Shown here: piece by piece, positions 27,284-41,916 of the stretch
Position numbering within the stretch: position 1 is the stretch's first letter
How the letters are laid out: each line of letters opens with the position of its first letter
Assembly: GCA_963795545.1 (NCBI GenBank)
Contig: CAWCIF010000001.1
Coordinates: forward strand, 601,365 to 665,364
Reading direction: 5' to 3'
Source: an uncultured Acidobacteriaceae bacterium
GTDB taxonomy: Bacteria; Acidobacteriota; Terriglobia; Bryobacterales; Bryobacteraceae
DNA: 64,000 bases
Notes under the pieces: model-generated
Database searches by the model: none
Seen by the model: only the letters and a program-made list of their open reading frames with translations
What the model was told of the DNA's origin: nothing
Translations under genes and position numbers: made by a program

Positions 27284-27811
27284 ATGAAGGATAAGAACGA
27301 AAAGAAGAAGGATCTCGAGGATCTGCAAAAGATGCTCTCCGAGAACAAGAACCTGTTTGTCACCAGCTACGAAAAGCTGACGGTCAGTCAGGATTTCCAG
27401 CTTCGGAAAGCGGTTCGCGACGCTGGCGGCAGCTACCGGGTGGTAAAGAACAACCTGGCCGCGAAGGCATCTGCGGGCACCCCGGCGAACGACTTGTTGG
27501 GCGATTTGAAGGGCATGACGTCGCTCGCCTATACAGCCAAGGATCCCGTCGCGCTTGCCAAGGCGCTGGCGAGGTATTCCAAGGAAAACGCGGCGTTTAC
27601 CTTTAAGGCCGGCATGGTGGAAGGCCGTGTGATCGACATCAAGGCGATCGGCGAGCTGGCCGCGATGCCGCCGAAGGAAGAGCTTTACGCGAAGCTCCTG
27701 TTTGTGATCAACGCGACGGCAACTCGGCTGGTGAGCTCCATCAACGGAGTGGGCCGCAACTTGGCCGTGGTTCTGGATCAGGCGGCGAAAGAGAATAAAT
27801 TTCAGCAGTAA
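27284..27811 (+). CDS. rplJ: 50S ribosomal protein L10
   Basis: Position between rplA and rplL, plus L10-like sequence (..LFVTSYEKLTVSQDFQLRKAVRDAGGSYRVVKNNLA..). Confidence 0.9.
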   Translation: MKDKNEKKKDLEDLQKMLSENKNLFVTSYEKLTVSQDFQLRKAVRDAGGSYRVVKNNLAAKASAGTPANDLLGDLKGMTSLAYTAKDPVALAKALARYSKENAAFTFKAGMVEGRVIDIKAIGELAAMPPKEELYAKLLFVINATATRLVSSINGVGRNLAVVLDQAAKENKFQQ

Positions 27812-27882
27812 GTTGGTTGGCGGTGCATCCGCCGTAAACCGGGAGTTATTTAGCACATCGTAAGGGAGTTTAAGAGGAAGAA

Positions 27883-28263
27883 ATGGCGGATATCAACGCA
27901 ATTGCAGAACAGATACAGGGCCTGACCCTGCTGGAAGCTTCTCAGCTTGTAAAGGTGCTGGAAGAGAAGCTGGGCGTTTCAGCCGCGGCAGCTTCGGTCG
28001 CGGTGGCGGCTCCAGCAGCGGGCGGCGCGGCGGCGGCTCCGGCGGAAGAGAAAACTGAGTTTTCAGTTATTCTGACCGCTACCGGCGCGAATAAAATCAA
28101 CGTTATCAAAGCAGTACGCGAGGTCACCAGTCTGGGTCTTAAGGAAGCCAAGGATCTGGTGGACGGCGCGCCCAAACCGATCAAAGAAGGTGTCAACAAG
28201 GACGAAGCCGAGGCGATCCGGAAGAAGTTTACCGACGTAGGCGCCACCGTCGAAGTCAAGTAA
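27883..28263 (+). CDS. rplL: 50S ribosomal protein L7/L12
   Basis: Ala-rich hinge and C-terminal domain [56 protein letters not shown]. Confidence 0.95.
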   Translation: MADINAIAEQIQGLTLLEASQLVKVLEEKLGVSAAAASVAVAAPAAGGAAAAPAEEKTEFSVILTATGANKINVIKAVREVTSLGLKEAKDLVDGAPKPIKEGVNKDEAEAIRKKFTDVGATVEVK

Positions 28264-28303
28264 GTTGCGCACCCTGCTCCACCTTACGGGCGAATGGAAA
28301 TCC

Positions 28304-28335
28304 GAGCCAGCCGGGTCTGTTGACGCGGTTGGCTC
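28304..28335 (+). terminator. strong hairpin after rplL (attenuator or processing-site candidate)
   Basis: GAGCCAGCCG...CGGTTGGCTC: 10-bp stem (one G:U) with a 12-nt loop, 41 nt after the rplL stop. It is followed by ATAATGTGTTATTC, a poor U-tract, so any termination would be partial. Confidence 0.4.
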
Positions 28336-28732
28336 ATAATGTGTTATTCTGAAACAGACGTCAAGCCGGGACGGTCCAGCATCAAATTTGTGGTTTCAGT
28401 TCCCTAAAGTTCTCCCGCGGACCTTGCATAGGTCGGTGGGGCTTTTGCATGCCTGAATTTATTTCTTCTGCCGACAGCTCATCTTTCGTACGTTATCAAC
28501 TCGCAAAACCGCATCCCGAGCCTATAAACGTAATATCGTCAATTTCGATCTTTTTCAATACTTTTTCTTCCGCGCGGCCCATTTTGCAGGTGCCGCGCAA
28601 ACATTCAGCGGTGGATCGCCTGATTCCCGCTGATGGTCGTAGCCCGCTTTAGTGCTGCGCTTCGGCTTCGTTTTATCGCGAATTGCTGAATGTCGTCATC
28701 GTGTCATTGGTTTTCCTAAAGGACAAGCGTAG

Positions 28733-31700
28733 ATGCCCAACGTGTCAAAAGGATCTCTCCGCGAGAGAGTCGATTTTTCGAAGATTAAAACTTCGATCCC
28801 CATCCCTAACCTCATTGAGGTACAGAAGCGATCATACGAGCGCTTTCTGCAAATGGACCTGCTTCCGAAGGAGCGTGAAGATGCGGGTCTGCAGAGTGTC
28901 TTCAGCTCTGTCTTCCCCATCTCCGACTTTCGCGGCCTGAGCCAGCTCGAGTTCGTCGATTACTCAATTGGAAACTGGGAGTGCAAGTGCGGCAATCTGA
29001 AGGGTCTGCACCACCTCCGCACCATTTGCCGCAATCCGAACTGCGGCGCGGAAATTCGCACCGATCCATTTCATGCCGGTGACGTACTGTGCCAAAAGTG
29101 CGGCACTTTCAATAAAAACATCGTGACCTTCTGCAACCGTTGCGGCGATCCCGTGGCGCTACAGCTCAAGTACGACGTGCCGGAATGCGAAGAGCGCGGC
29201 ATGACGTACGCGGCTCCCTTAAAGGTCACCATCCGCCTGACGGTTTACGACAAGGACCCGGAGACCGGGAACAAGACTGTTCGAGACATCAAGGAACAGG
29301 AAGTGTTCTTTGGCGAAATCCCGCTGATGACCGAAAACGGCACCTTCATCATCAACGGCACCGAGCGCGTGATCGTTTCTCAATTGCACCGATCGCCCGG
29401 CGTCTTTTTCGAACGCGTCCAGACGCAAGGCTACTTTCTCGGCAAGATCATTCCATATCGCGGCAGTTGGGTGGAATTCGAATACGACAACAAAAACCTG
29501 TTGCATGTCCGGATCGATCGCAAGCGCAAATTCTACGGCACGGTTTTTCTGCGGGCGCTTGGCCTGAAAACCGACGCCGACATCATCCGGGCGTTCTATA
29601 AGCTCTCTACCATCTCGCTGAAGAACAACAAGCTGCTGTGGGGCGTTAACGACAGCCTTGTGGGCATGAAACTCTCGCATGCCATTAGCAACAAGGGCGG
29701 CGAGCAGGTTGTTCCGCAGGGCCGCAAAATCACCAACTCCGTCTTCCGCGAGATCCAGAAGGCCAAGATTGAGCAGGTGGAAGTTGCATCCAACGACCTG
29801 GAAGGCGCCTACGTTGCCGCGGACGTCATCGACATGTCCACGGGCGAAGTGCTGATTGAAGCCAATCACGAACTGACGTCAACCGGAATCGGCAAGCTGG
29901 CCGAGGCTGGAATCGAGAGTTTCGAGATCTTCTTCCCGGATCGCGATGATGCCGGCAACGTGATCTCCGCAACCTTGCGCAAAGACGCCGTGAAAAGCCA
30001 GAGTGACGCGCTGCTTGAAATTTACCGGAAGCTGCGTCCGGGCGATCCTCCCACTTTGGATACCGCTACCCAGCTTTTCCAGGGTATGTTCTTCGACTCG
30101 CGCAAGTACGATTTCTCGCGCGTGGGCCGCATGAAGTTCAACATCAAGCTCTACGACAAGGCTGATTCAACGCCGCTGGACAAGCGCACGCTCGATCAGA
30201 AGGACTTTACCGATACCATCCTGTATCTGCTGAAGCTTCGTAAAGGTATCGGGTCGGTGGACGATATCGACCATCTTGGTAACCGCCGCGTGCGTGCGGT
30301 AGGCGAGCTTCTCGAAAACCAGTTCCGTATCGGGCTGGTCCGCATGGAGCGCGCCATCAAGGAAAAGATGTCGGTCTACCAGGAAATGTCGACAGCCATG
30401 CCGCACGACCTGGTAAACGCCAAGCCAGTTATGGCCGCCATTCGCGAGTTCTTTGGTTCCAGCCAACTGTCACAGTTCATGGATCAGACCAACCCGCTTT
30501 CGGAGATCACGCACAAGCGGCGCCTCTCCGCGCTCGGTCCAGGTGGTCTGTCGCGCGAGCGCGCCGGATTCGAAGTCCGCGACGTGCACCCGACCCACTA
30601 CGGCCGTATTTGTCCTATCGAAACGCCGGAAGGTCCGAATATCGGGCTGATCTCGTCCCTCTCCTGCTTTGCCCGCATCAACGAGTACGGCTTCATTGAG
30701 AGCCCCTACCGCCGGATTCGTGATGGCGCGCTGGTGGATGAGGTTAGACTCCTCAACCCCGGCGACACGGATTTCAAAGTTGGCCAGGTGGTCTCCCGCG
30801 AGGCGATCGACAAAGCCAACACGGCTCTTAGCGCCAAGAAACAACATGCGGAGTTCGAAGCGCACTCTGATTACCTTTCCGCCTGGGAAGAAGACAAGTA
30901 CATCATTGCCCAGGCAAACGTGGCAATCGACGACCATGGAAGGATTGTTGACGATCTGGTGAATGCTCGTCAGGCCGGCAACTTCGTGCTGAAGCACCGC
31001 GACGAGATCGAGTATATGGACGTGAGTCCGAAACAGCTTGTCTCGGTTGCGGCGAGCCTGATTCCATTCCTCGAGAACGACGATGCGAACCGTGCGCTGA
31101 TGGGCTCGAACATGCAGCGCCAGGCAGTGCCGCTACTGCGCGCCGAGGCTCCCTACGTGGGAACCGGAATGGAGCGCGTGACTGCGCGCGACTCCGGCGC
31201 GGTGGTCATCTGTAAGCGACCCGGCGTGGTGGATTCGGTCGACAGCGAACGGATTATCGTGCGTGTCGAGGGCGGTGCGCACGAAGGGCAGATGTCGCGC
31301 GAGGTTGGCGCTGATATCTATCAGCTCACTAAGTTCAAACGTTCGAACCAGAACACCTGTATCAGCCAAAAGCCGATCGTCTTCCAGGGACAGAAGGTCA
31401 GGAAGGGCGATGTTCTCGCCGACGGCCCTTGCACCGAAGCCGGCGAACTCGCCTTGGGCCGCAACGTCCTGGTAGCGTTCATGCCGTGGCGCGGCTACAA
31501 TTTCGAGGACGCGATTGTGGTCAGCGAGAAGCTGGTCAAGGACGATTACTACACTTCGATTCACATTGAAGAATTCGAAATCGAAGCGCGCGATACCAAG
31601 CTTGGACCGGAGGAGATTACTCGCGATATTCCAAATATCGCTGAGTCGTTCCTCCGCAATCTGGACGAGAGCGGCATTATCCGCGTTGGCGCAACGGTGA

Positions 31701-33037
31701 AGCCCGGCGACATTCTGGTCGGCAAGGTGACCCCTAAAGGCGAGACTCAGCTCACTCCGGAAGAGAAGCTGCTGCGCGCCATCTTCGGCGAAAAGGCCGG
31801 CGACGTGAAGGATGCTTCGCTGTACTGCCCGCCGGGCATTGAGGGCACCATTGTCGATTGCAAGGTGTTCTCGCGTAAAGGCGCTGAGCTGGACGAACGC
31901 TCCAAGCAGATTCTGCAATTGCAGGAAGAGCGCATGCACCGCAATCTGGATGACGAAAAGCGCATCCTGAGCGATGAGCGCGCGAAACGCCTGGAAGAAC
32001 TCCTCAAAGGCAAGGAGCTGCTGGCCGACCTGCACGACGAAAAGACCAACAAGAAGCTGCTCTCGAAAGAGATCCCGCTTACCAGGGATGTGCTCGAGAA
32101 GATTCGGGCTCGCGATCTGAAGCGCATGAGGCTCAATACCAGGGATATACGCCTCAATGAACAGATCGACGAGATCGAAGAGATGACTTCGCGCCAGATC
32201 GCGGTTCTCGAAAAAATTACCGAAGAGAAAATTGCGAAGCTGCGCAAAGGCGATGAACTGCCTCCAGGCGTAATCAAGCTGGTGAAGGTCTATATCGCCA
32301 TGAAGCGCAAGCTTTCAGTCGGCGACAAAATGGCTGGACGGCACGGCAATAAAGGCGTCATTGCCCGCATCGTGCCCGAAGAGGACATGCCCTATCTGCC
32401 GGATGGTTCTCCGGTTGAGATCGTTCTGAATCCGCTGGGCGTTCCATCCCGTATGAACGTCGGCCAGGTTCTTGAGACGCATCTTGGCTGGGCGGCCGCG
32501 AAACTGGGGCTGCACTTCGCTACGCCGGTATTCGACGGCGCCACAGAGAAGGACATAAAGGCGCGCTTGACGGAAGCTGAACTGCCCACCTCGGGCAAGA
32601 TCACGCTTTTTGACGGCTTGACGGGCGCGCAATTCGAGCAGCCTGTTACGGTCGGCTACATTTATATGCTCAAATTGAGCCACCTGGTGGATGACAAGAT
32701 TCACGCGCGCTCCATCGGGCCATACTCGTTGATCACGCAGCAGCCGCTGGGCGGTAAGGCGCAGTTCGGCGGGCAGCGGTTCGGCGAAATGGAAGTCTGG
32801 GCGCTGGAAGCATACGGCGCTGCATATATCCTGCAGGAATTGCTAACGGCGAAATCCGACGATGTTTACGGCCGGGCCAAAATCTACGAAGCCATCGTGA
32901 AAGGCGAGGCCGCGGCGGAGCCCGGTGTGCCTGAATCGTTTAATGTTTTAATCCGTGAGCTGCAGAGCCTCTGCCTCGACGTGGAACTGATGAAGAAGCC
33001 GCGCGAGATGCAGGACCTGGCGCATGCCGCGGACTGA
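28733..33037 (+). CDS. rpoB: DNA-directed RNA polymerase beta subunit (1434 aa) with a Cys-rich N-terminal insertion
   Basis: Conserved rpoB blocks throughout ([87 protein letters not shown]). Confidence 0.98.
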   Translation: MPNVSKGSLRERVDFSKIKTSIPIPNLIEVQKRSYERFLQMDLLPKEREDAGLQSVFSSVFPISDFRGLSQLEFVDYSIGNWECKCGNLKGLHHLRTICRNPNCGAEIRTDPFHAGDVLCQKCGTFNKNIVTFCNRCGDPVALQLKYDVPECEERGMTYAAPLKVTIRLTVYDKDPETGNKTVRDIKEQEVFFGEIPLMTENGTFIINGTERVIVSQLHRSPGVFFERVQTQGYFLGKIIPYRGSWVEFEYDNKNLLHVRIDRKRKFYGTVFLRALGLKTDADIIRAFYKLSTISLKNNKLLWGVNDSLVGMKLSHAISNKGGEQVVPQGRKITNSVFREIQKAKIEQVEVASNDLEGAYVAADVIDMSTGEVLIEANHELTSTGIGKLAEAGIESFEIFFPDRDDAGNVISATLRKDAVKSQSDALLEIYRKLRPGDPPTLDTATQLFQGMFFDSRKYDFSRVGRMKFNIKLYDKADSTPLDKRTLDQKDFTDTILYLLKLRKGIGSVDDIDHLGNRRVRAVGELLENQFRIGLVRMERAIKEKMSVYQEMSTAMPHDLVNAKPVMAAIREFFGSSQLSQFMDQTNPLSEITHKRRLSALGPGGLSRERAGFEVRDVHPTHYGRICPIETPEGPNIGLISSLSCFARINEYGFIESPYRRIRDGALVDEVRLLNPGDTDFKVGQVVSREAIDKANTALSAKKQHAEFEAHSDYLSAWEEDKYIIAQANVAIDDHGRIVDDLVNARQAGNFVLKHRDEIEYMDVSPKQLVSVAASLIPFLENDDANRALMGSNMQRQAVPLLRAEAPYVGTGMERVTARDSGAVVICKRPGVVDSVDSERIIVRVEGGAHEGQMSREVGADIYQLTKFKRSNQNTCISQKPIVFQGQKVRKGDVLADGPCTEAGELALGRNVLVAFMPWRGYNFEDAIVVSEKLVKDDYYTSIHIEEFEIEARDTKLGPEEITRDIPNIAESFLRNLDESGIIRVGATVKPGDILVGKVTPKGETQLTPEEKLLRAIFGEKAGDVKDASLYCPPGIEGTIVDCKVFSRKGAELDERSKQILQLQEERMHRNLDDEKRILSDERAKRLEELLKGKELLADLHDEKTNKKLLSKEIPLTRDVLEKIRARDLKRMRLNTRDIRLNEQIDEIEEMTSRQIAVLEKITEEKIAKLRKGDELPPGVIKLVKVYIAMKRKLSVGDKMAGRHGNKGVIARIVPEEDMPYLPDGSPVEIVLNPLGVPSRMNVGQVLETHLGWAAAKLGLHFATPVFDGATEKDIKARLTEAELPTSGKITLFDGLTGAQFEQPVTVGYIYMLKLSHLVDDKIHARSIGPYSLITQQPLGGKAQFGGQRFGEMEVWALEAYGAAYILQELLTAKSDDVYGRAKIYEAIVKGEAAAEPGVPESFNVLIRELQSLCLDVELMKKPREMQDLAHAAD

Positions 33038-33165
33038 GTAGATACCGCGGAGGGGCGTCAAACTGATGCCCCACGCTTCCTCCGCTATTTGGAAACGGGC
33101 ATAAGCGAGCAAGGCGTTCCGCTGGTTGTTCGCGAGAAGAGTGAAAGGGTTTTCAAGGACAATTC

Positions 33166-37398
<4,233 letters not shown>

Positions 37399-37426
37399 AC
37401 TCAGAATTCAACACCGAAACAATTCA

Positions 37427-37458
37427 GGGCGGCTCGTATGCAGCCGCCTCTTTTCTTT
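37427..37458 (+). terminator. rho-independent terminator after rpoC
   Basis: GGCGGCT (37428-34) pairs with AGCCGCC (37442-48) around a 7-nt loop, followed by TCTTTTCTTTGT. Confidence 0.65.
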
Positions 37459-37604
37459 GTGGGTCGCACTCTCTAGCGCTAGCGTAATTGGAGTATTATC
37501 GGAAGCGGGAAGCGGCCATGTGGCCCAGGTCGTACTCGCCAATACGCGAGGCCGCAACCCGGGGCGTGGCACGTCTTCCGAAGAAGCGGTAGCGGAGGTT
37601 TGCC

Positions 37605-38672
37605 ATGCCAGTAGATCGTTTAGAGGTCCGGGTTTCCATCACCAAACTCTTGCTCGCGTTGGTCATCGTGATCGTCCCGTTGAGCATCGCCGGTCTGATC
37701 ATGACGGAGCGTAGCAGCAGGTCGCTTGATAACTCCGTCGGTAATGACTTTAAATCAATGGCGACGATGTACAGTAATGATGTTTCGCAGTTCATCCTTG
37801 AGCGCGTAAACGATATCAGCGCCTTGGCGCAGGATCCCCTTATTGTGAATGCAGTCGGCGGCCAGGGAACGGCCAAGGCCGAGGGCAACGGCAAGGGGCT
37901 GCTTACGTCGAGCGCTTCGCAGTTGCTACGCCAGCGGAAGATTATGGATCCGCGTCTGCTGTCTATCGTGGCCACCGACGACAGCGGGAACCTGGTCGCC
38001 GCGTCACAACAGCCGCCCAGGCTCTCTTATGCACAGGACCCCATCTGGCAGGCAGCCTTTAACAACGGCCAGCCGATACCTAAGATCAGCGACATTCTTG
38101 ATGATGAGTTCACCAAATCGTCGTACATCAACGTTAGCGTCCCGATCAAGGATGCCGCATCTGGAGCTTCCACCGGCATTTTGAGCGCCGCCGTGAGCCT
38201 CTCAGAGTTGCTGGCTCGCTTTCGGCAGGGGATAGTGGGAAACGGCGCTCGCGCCGAGCTTGTCAACGATGACGGAACTATTGTAAGTGCACCCAATGCC
38301 GACGTTTTTGCGCGGGTGAAGTCTCAGCAGTTTGACGCGATTCGCGACTCGTTAGGGTCGCTGCAGGGCAGCCAGTCAGGTTGGGCCATGGCGGATCTGC
38401 GGAATGGTCCCTGGATTGTAGGATTCGCTAACAGTGGCCTGAAAAAGAAATTTTCGAACCTGGGCTGGGTCGTATTAGTGAGTCAGGAAGAGCATCAGGC
38501 TGCCGCTCCAGCGCGCGGTCTGCAGCACTTCGCAATTGCCATGGTAATACTGGCTCTGTTCATGTTGACCCTGCTGTTCGTGTATTATTTCCTCCACCGT
38601 AGCCAGCGGTTTTCCCATATCGAAGAGGAAGAACTCCCTTCCGAGAGGGCCCGCTCGGCGACTGCCTCCTGA
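37605..38672 (+). CDS. membrane protein with periplasmic Cache-like sensor domain, no output domain
   Basis: TM1 (LLLALVIVIVPLSIAGLIM), a ~280-aa extracytoplasmic region with a Cache-like pattern (..VATDDSGNLVAAS...DPIWQAAF...YINVSVPIKD..GILSAAVSLSEL..), TM2, then only a ~27-aa tail. Confidence 0.5.
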   Translation: MPVDRLEVRVSITKLLLALVIVIVPLSIAGLIMTERSSRSLDNSVGNDFKSMATMYSNDVSQFILERVNDISALAQDPLIVNAVGGQGTAKAEGNGKGLLTSSASQLLRQRKIMDPRLLSIVATDDSGNLVAASQQPPRLSYAQDPIWQAAFNNGQPIPKISDILDDEFTKSSYINVSVPIKDAASGASTGILSAAVSLSELLARFRQGIVGNGARAELVNDDGTIVSAPNADVFARVKSQQFDAIRDSLGSLQGSQSGWAMADLRNGPWIVGFANSGLKKKFSNLGWVVLVSQEEHQAAAPARGLQHFAIAMVILALFMLTLLFVYYFLHRSQRFSHIEEEELPSERARSATAS

Positions 38673-38798
38673 TCATTGCACGAAGATCGCTTTAGCGGAC
38701 CGGCCCCGAAGGTTCCACGCTTCCTACAGGAAACCTTTCTCGTAAATAGGCAGTCGTTCCTTTCGGCGGTGGAGATGCCGGCAGAGCGGTCACGTTCA

Positions 38799-39161
38799 AT
38801 GAACACGGAAAATTTCAAAGAAATCCTGCTCAAGAAAAAACAAGAGCTTCAAACTGAGATCGTCAGGGGCGAGGAAGAAGCCCGCCAGTCCACCGCGGAT
38901 GTCGGGGATCCTATCGATGCAGTCACGTCCGCTACCGCCAAGGCAGCGGCTCTGGAGGAGAGCACTCTGGCTGCCGCGACCCTCCGTGAAGTGCAGGACG
39001 CGCTTGATCGCATAACCTCGGGCGCCTACGGAAGATGCGTGGATTGTGGGCGCGAGATCGAACCGGTCCGGCTCGAAGCGGTTCCCTGGACCCGCTACTG
39101 CCGGCGCGACCAGGAGAAGCACGATGTCGAAAACCCCCCAGCCAGTGGCTCTACACTTTAG
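38799..39161 (+). CDS. DksA/TraR-family zinc-finger protein (C-x2-C-x17-C-x2-D variant)
   Basis: Coiled-coil N-terminal region with DPID, then GRCVDCGREIEPVRLEAVPWTRYCRRDQ. The start is taken at ATG 38799 (MNTENFK); the ORF track begins at 38676. Confidence 0.75.
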   Translation: MNTENFKEILLKKKQELQTEIVRGEEEARQSTADVGDPIDAVTSATAKAAALEESTLAAATLREVQDALDRITSGAYGRCVDCGREIEPVRLEAVPWTRYCRRDQEKHDVENPPASGSTL

Positions 39162-39164
39162 ACT

Positions 39165-41105
39165 GTGACTTCCGAAATTGTCCCGGGGCATGCGGATCCG
39201 GTGCGGCCCCTTTCCGCATGGCGGAAATGGATCCGGGGTGCTGGCGCTCTCGATTCATCGCACGGTACTTCAGAGCGCAATCATCCCTGGTACCTGGTCA
39301 TTTGGCTCACGGGTGTCGATTATTTCTCCACCCTCGGTTATCAACCTGGTATTGCGCTGATTGCCGCGGGCGTCCTGTCGCCCATTGCAACAGCAGTGTT
39401 GGTCGCTGTCACGCTCGCGGGCGCCTTGCCGGTCTATGCGCTGGTAGCCGGCCGATCCTACGTCGGGCAGGGGTCCATCGCCATGCTCGAGAATCTTCTG
39501 GCAGGCTGGTGGGGACGCCTGCTCGTGCTGGTTCTGCTCGGTTTCGCCGCTACTGATTTTGTCATTACAATGACCTTGTCCGCGGCTGACGCGGCCAGGC
39601 ACGCGACCGAGAATCCATTCCTCCATCCCTATCTGGGCAATGCCAATGTAGGTCTGACATTACTGCTGCTGGCCCTGCTCGCGGCTGTTTTTCTCAAGGG
39701 TTTCAAGGAAGCCATCCGGCTTGCAACAGCCGTTTGTATTCCTTACCTGCTGCTTAATCTCGTCGTGCTGGGGCGGGCAGTGATCGTGATTCTCAATCAT
39801 CCTCTGGCCTTCCCGCACTGGAAGCAGGCTTTATTCCACCAGGGAAACTGGTCGCATATCGTAATTGCTTCCATCCTTGTTTTCCCTCAGCTTGCGCTCG
39901 GATTGAGCGGCTTCGAAACCGGTGTTTCGGTCATGCCTCTCATCGCCGGCACGCCGAACGACACCGACGACGAGCGGCCGCGCGGCAGGATTCGCAACGC
40001 CCGCCATCTGCTGGTTACCGCCGCCGTAATCATGAGCATCATGCTGATGCTCTCAAGCTTTGTTACCGCCCTGCTTATCCGACCTGAAGATTATCGCGAA
40101 GGAGGTGCGGCCAGCGGCCGCGCCATCGCCTTCATTGCTCATCAATATCTCGGCAACGTGTTCGGGTCAGTCTACGACATCTCCACCATTCTGATTCTTT
40201 GGTTCGCCGGCGCTTCCGCCATGGCAGGACTGCTGCATCTGGTCCCCAGATATTTGCCGAGGGTAGGTCTAGCGCCGCAGTGGGTTGCTTATGCACGCCC
40301 GCTTGTTCTGGTTCTGTTCGCCTTCGATGTGATCGTCACACTTGCATTCCACGCCAGCGTTGAAGCGCAAGGGGGCGCGTACGCAACCGGAGTGTTGGTC
40401 TTAATTACCTCCGCCGCGTTCGCATCGGCTATCACGCTGTGGAAAGAACGGTCGCATTGGCTCAGCCTTTGCTGCTGGGTTATCGTGCTCGTTTTTATTT
40501 ACACGACTATAGCCAACATGTTCGAGCGCACGGACGGTATTATCATCGCAAGCTTCTTCATTCTTTTCATCCTGATTGTCAGCGGCATCAGCCGGTACGC
40601 AAGATCGACGGAGCTTCGCGTCGAGGGCCATCGCTTTTCCGACGTAGAATCAGAAAGCCTTTGGCAGGAGATGGTTCGTACGAAGCCGAATCTCGTTCCC
40701 CTGAGGAGCCTGGATGCCGCGCTGCGCTCCAGGTACACAAGGCAGATCAGGCGGTATTACAACTTGCATGGACCCCTCGCTTTTGTGCGCGTAAAACTCC
40801 TGGACAACCGGAGCGAATTCCTGTCGCCTATTGAGATCAACGTGCGGCAGGATAACGGAGACTATCTGATTGAAGCAACCCAAGCCGTTGCTCGAGCCAA
40901 TGCAATTGCCTATCTCAGCGAACTGATCCATCCGGCCGCCATTTTCATCCGCCTTACTCTGCAGAACCCGATGCGCCAGTCGTTCCGATACTTGCTTTTA
41001 GGCGAAGGCGAAACCGGCCTCATGGTCTATTCGATACTCCAGCATTACTGGCAGGCAAAACCGGTCCCAGCCGAACGGCCGCACTTATTTTTGATGAGCG
41101 GCTAA
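39165..41105 (+). CDS. polytopic membrane transporter, APC-superfamily-like, with ~180-aa cytoplasmic C-terminal domain
   Basis: About 12 hydrophobic segments with a GFETGVSVMP-type motif. The GTG start lies 3 nt after the DksA-like stop. The family assignment is tentative. Confidence 0.45.
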   Translation: MTSEIVPGHADPVRPLSAWRKWIRGAGALDSSHGTSERNHPWYLVIWLTGVDYFSTLGYQPGIALIAAGVLSPIATAVLVAVTLAGALPVYALVAGRSYVGQGSIAMLENLLAGWWGRLLVLVLLGFAATDFVITMTLSAADAARHATENPFLHPYLGNANVGLTLLLLALLAAVFLKGFKEAIRLATAVCIPYLLLNLVVLGRAVIVILNHPLAFPHWKQALFHQGNWSHIVIASILVFPQLALGLSGFETGVSVMPLIAGTPNDTDDERPRGRIRNARHLLVTAAVIMSIMLMLSSFVTALLIRPEDYREGGAASGRAIAFIAHQYLGNVFGSVYDISTILILWFAGASAMAGLLHLVPRYLPRVGLAPQWVAYARPLVLVLFAFDVIVTLAFHASVEAQGGAYATGVLVLITSAAFASAITLWKERSHWLSLCCWVIVLVFIYTTIANMFERTDGIIIASFFILFILIVSGISRYARSTELRVEGHRFSDVESESLWQEMVRTKPNLVPLRSLDAALRSRYTRQIRRYYNLHGPLAFVRVKLLDNRSEFLSPIEINVRQDNGDYLIEATQAVARANAIAYLSELIHPAAIFIRLTLQNPMRQSFRYLLLGEGETGLMVYSILQHYWQAKPVPAERPHLFLMSG

Positions 41106-41529
41106 GCGCGTCTCAGTAAGCCTTCGCTATCACGACCCGTTGCTTTACGGGCTCTCCTACAATACACCGCCCCACGCCGCCGTGCTCATCGACCAGGGGA
41201 AAGGCATCGCGCGCTCGCCTTGAACTCCTTCAAGCGTGCATCACATAGTGGATCATTCTTCAGGTGCGCGTATACGAACTTGCCGCCTCCAGGTTCGGCT
41301 CTGACGTGCACCGGCGTCTGTCATCTTCACCGGCGACTTCGCCCCGGTATCCCTTCAGTTCAGCGCGATGGCGCGCCCGCGGCCGGTCGCGGCCCCGGTT
41401 CCATTACTGCTAGCATACCTCCGCGATCCAAAAAGGAATTTCCTGGGTCAACTTCTCCGCTCGGTCCAAAACTTTTTCGTAGGGATCGGGCATGCCCGAT
41501 CCCATTTTGAAACGACTGGGGATAGTTCG

Positions 41530-41874
41530 CTAGCGAAAGCTGCGGATAGCGTCTGCTTCGTCGTCGTACACCTCGAAGACCGTATACAGCTTGGTGATCT
41601 GGAGCAGGTCCTTGACGCGTTTCGATAAGCCCAGAAGCTTCAGTTGGCCCCCATTATTAGTAATGGTGGTGAAACCGGAAACCATCTCGCCAATTCCCGA
41701 GCTGTCGATATAGGAAACGTCGGCCAGGTTGAGAAGCAGTTTCTTATGGCCTTTCGCGGCGAGGTCGCGGATTGCGTCCCGGAATGCACTCGCGCCTTCG
41801 CCCAGGGTAATTCTACCGGATGCATCAATAACGGTGACATCGCCAACCTGGCGAGATGTCAATTTAACACTCAC
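41530..41874 (-). CDS. STAS-domain anti-sigma-factor antagonist (SpoIIAA/RsbV-like)
   Basis: 114 aa, with ...KLLLNLADVSYIDSSGIGEMV...LKLLGLSKRVKDLLQITKL; the conserved phosphorylatable Ser is in DSSG. Confidence 0.85.
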   Translation of the reverse strand: MSVKLTSRQVGDVTVIDASGRITLGEGASAFRDAIRDLAAKGHKKLLLNLADVSYIDSSGIGEMVSGFTTITNNGGQLKLLGLSKRVKDLLQITKLYTVFEVYDDEADAIRSFR

Positions 41875-41916
41875 TTCCGCCTCCTTCGTGGATCAGATAA
41901 CGTGTAAAGCCAAACT

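Noticed and set aside
28449-28652. 67-aa ORF inside the rplL-rpoB spacer.
   Set aside because: It has no SD sequence and odd composition, and it lies in a region expected to be a structured untranslated leader.
41106-41529. 424-bp gap between the transporter and the STAS gene containing only fragmentary ORFs. Minus-strand pieces include [54 protein letters not shown] and [31 protein letters not shown] in different frames.
   Set aside because: It might be a decayed gene with several frameshifts, but I could not assemble a coherent protein or recognise a family. The 96-aa plus-strand ORF 41220-41510 looks like noise. The region is left unannotated.
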